From positions 1-45,169 of the forward strand of contig DATKWF010000113.1 of assembly GCA_035529715.1 (NCBI GenBank): a stretch of 45,169 nucleotides of DNA, given 5' to 3'. The notes below the pieces were generated by a model, which worked only from the letters and a program-made list of their open reading frames with translations, had not been told where the DNA came from and made no database searches. This DNA is from Dehalococcoidales bacterium. GTDB taxonomy: Bacteria; Chloroflexota; Dehalococcoidia; Dehalococcoidales; RBG-16-60-22. Shown here in pieces: positions 43,886 to 45,169 of the stretch. Positions within the stretch are counted from its first letter, which is position 1. Each line of letters starts with the position of its first letter. The position numbers were made by a program, and so were the translations under genes.

Positions 43886-44039
43886 ATGGACACTTGGCAC
43901 AACTGTCTGATTCACCTTTCCTCCTTTGTTGTGGGGCTAAGGGGGAAATGGCAAACTGGGCTCCTGGCATTAAGAGTATTTATTAATTTTTAAAAAGAAC
44001 CCCTTAGCCCCCCTTTATTCCGCAGAGAAGAACCTCAGC

Positions 44040-44069
44040 TTGACGGTTGAACTTGCTCCCCGTTAGAAT
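44040..44069 (+). promoter_or_regulatory. Candidate ffh-proximal promoter (TTGACG-18-TAGAAT) placing the transcription start at or next to the ffh GTG
   Basis: TTGACG at 44040-44045 and TAGAAT at 44064-44069. The ffh GTG at 44076 is 7 nt downstream of the -10 hexamer, and no SD-like sequence is present. Confidence 0.4.
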
Positions 44070-44075
44070 GAAATC

Positions 44076-45169
44076 GTGTTCGAGATTCTCAGTGATAAAT
44101 TAGGTAAAGTTTTTCGTCTGCTGGGTAGCAAGGGCAAGCTCGGCGAGAAGGATATAGATGATGCTGTGCGCCAGGTGCGTCTGGCACTTCTGGAGGCGGA
44201 TGTCAACTTCAGAGCGGTAAAGGACTTTACTGCCAGAGTTAGAGAGCGTGCTCTTGGTGCCGGGGTATTGCAAAGCCTGACTCCGGCCCAGCAGATAATC
44301 AAAATCGTCAATGAAGAGCTAATTGCCATCCTCGGCGGAGAGCATAGTCAGTTGTCAGTGTCATCTCGCCCTCCGTCTGTGGTCATGCTGGTTGGGCTGC
44401 AGGGCAGCGGTAAGACTACCACTGCTGCCAAACTGGCACTTCATCTGAAGCATTCGGGACAGAGTCCTTTGCTGGTAGCTGCCGACAACCGCCGACCGGC
44501 AGCTGTGGAGCAGCTGGTGACCCTGGGTAAGCAGATTGACATCCCTGTTTACAGTGAGAATCCTGAAGTTACGAGTAAGGACATTTGTGCCCATGCTCTG
44601 GCTAAGACGGCGACTCTGGCAGCTAACTGGATGGTGGTTGATACTGCGGGCCGGCTCCACATAGACGAGGCAATGATGGAGGAACTGGCTCAGGTTAAAA
44701 AAGTACTGAAACCGGTGGAGACGCTACTGGTGGTAGATGCCATGACCGGGCAGGATGCGGTGCGGGTGGCTGAGGACTTTCATTCCAGAGTGAGCCTGAG
44801 CGGGCTTATCCTGACCAAGATGGACGGGGACGCCCGGGGTGGGGCAGCCCTCTCCATCAGGTGGGTCAGCGGGGTGCCAATTAAATTCATCGGCATCGGG
44901 GAAAAGGTTGATGCTTTTGAACTTTTCCATCCCGACCGTTTGGCGTCACGCATCCTGGGGATGGGGGACATGCTTACCTTCATTGAGAAGGCGGAGGCTA
45001 CCTTTGATGAGCAGCAGGCAAAGGAACTGGGGAAGAAAGTACAGGCGGCAACTTTTGACCTTGACGATTTCCTCTCGCAATTGAGGGCGGTCAAGAAGAT
45101 GGGGTCGGTGGCACAACTGGTGGAGATGATGCCCGGTCTATCGCAACTGGCGAAGCGACTGCCTGATGG
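44076..45169 (+). CDS. ffh: Signal recognition particle protein Ffh; 3' end cut by the window edge
   Basis: Absent from the ORF track because it has no stop in the window. Hand translation from GTG 44076 gives VFEILSDKLGKVFRLLGSKGKLGEKDIDDAVRQVRLALLEADVNF... . GTPase motifs are GLQGSGKTTT, DTAGR and TKMDGDARGG, and the M-domain begins at ...GMGDMLTFIEKAE. The frame is open to the last base. Confidence 0.92.
   Translation, partial: MFEILSDKLGKVFRLLGSKGKLGEKDIDDAVRQVRLALLEADVNFRAVKDFTARVRERALGAGVLQSLTPAQQIIKIVNEELIAILGGEHSQLSVSSRPPSVVMLVGLQGSGKTTTAAKLALHLKHSGQSPLLVAADNRRPAAVEQLVTLGKQIDIPVYSENPEVTSKDICAHALAKTATLAANWMVVDTAGRLHIDEAMMEELAQVKKVLKPVETLLVVDAMTGQDAVRVAEDFHSRVSLSGLILTKMDGDARGGAALSIRWVSGVPIKFIGIGEKVDAFELFHPDRLASRILGMGDMLTFIEKAEATFDEQQAKELGKKVQAATFDLDDFLSQLRAVKKMGSVAQLVEMMPGLSQLAKRLPD

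Noticed and set aside
43890-44030. Possibility that the structured region upstream of ffh is the SRP RNA (ffs), or 6S or another known RNA
   Set aside because: I could not find the conserved SRP RNA domain IV features (a GGAA/GNRA tetraloop flanked by the symmetric and asymmetric loops, with AGCA / GGAAG-type strings) or 6S-like architecture. It is kept only as an unclassified candidate.
44063-45094. Four minus-strand ORFs (88, 99, 68 and 104 aa) listed in the track at the right end of the window
   Set aside because: The plus strand here encodes a clear Ffh, with all GTPase motifs and the frame open to the window end. Ffh is missing from the track only because it has no stop codon in the window. 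The minus-strand ORFs are antisense shadows.

Overview
This is a 45.2-kb, gene-dense chromosomal segment with about 40 CDS and 3 tRNAs. It is mostly housekeeping sequence from a moderately GC-rich bacterium. The gene order (rpmB / yloV-degV-degV / recG ... plsX, and rplI-dnaB-dnaD-dnaC) resembles Firmicutes and Chloroflexota-type genomes, but that taxon assignment is only a guess.

Content from left to right:
- An arginine biosynthesis cluster, argJ(partial)-argB-argD-[unknown membrane protein]-argG-argH.
- rpmB, then a fatty-acid kinase-like module (FakA/YloV plus two DegV/FakB) and recG.
- tRNA-Gly(CCC), followed by a conspicuously AT-rich ~1.3-kb islet with one DUF4238-like gene.
- A CDP-alcohol phosphatidyltransferase, an MFS transporter, an M20 amidohydrolase, and a BcrA/HgdC-type activase ATPase.
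- plsX, then trxA / YuzD-like / trxB.
- rplI (with a repeat-built Lys/Glu tail), dnaB, a DnaD-domain protein, and a tandem double DnaC-like AAA+ protein.
- plsY-recJ-fabF on the minus strand, then mtaB, a small membrane protein plus a GNAT, an ATP-type PEP carboxykinase, and carB.
- tRNA-Arg and tRNA-His, a stand-alone Smr protein, uvrA, a small HD hydrolase, an orphan SbcC/Rad50-like ATPase, and the 5' part of ffh. ffh is absent from the ORF track because it has no stop codon in the window.

I see no CRISPR array, transposase, integrase or recognisable multi-gene defence or secondary-metabolite system. The things most worth a second look are:
1. A structured, hairpin-rich ~270-bp segment bracketed by perfect 16-nt direct repeats between smr and uvrA.
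2. The AT-rich tRNA-adjacent DUF4238-like islet.
3. The internally duplicated DnaC-like loader with a CxxCxGxG zinc motif.
4. The sbcC-ffh intergenic region, which has a perfect consensus promoter, a 12-nt inverted repeat, a possible small ORF, and an apparently leaderless GTG-start ffh.

All functional calls come from reading motifs in the translations. No database search was run.
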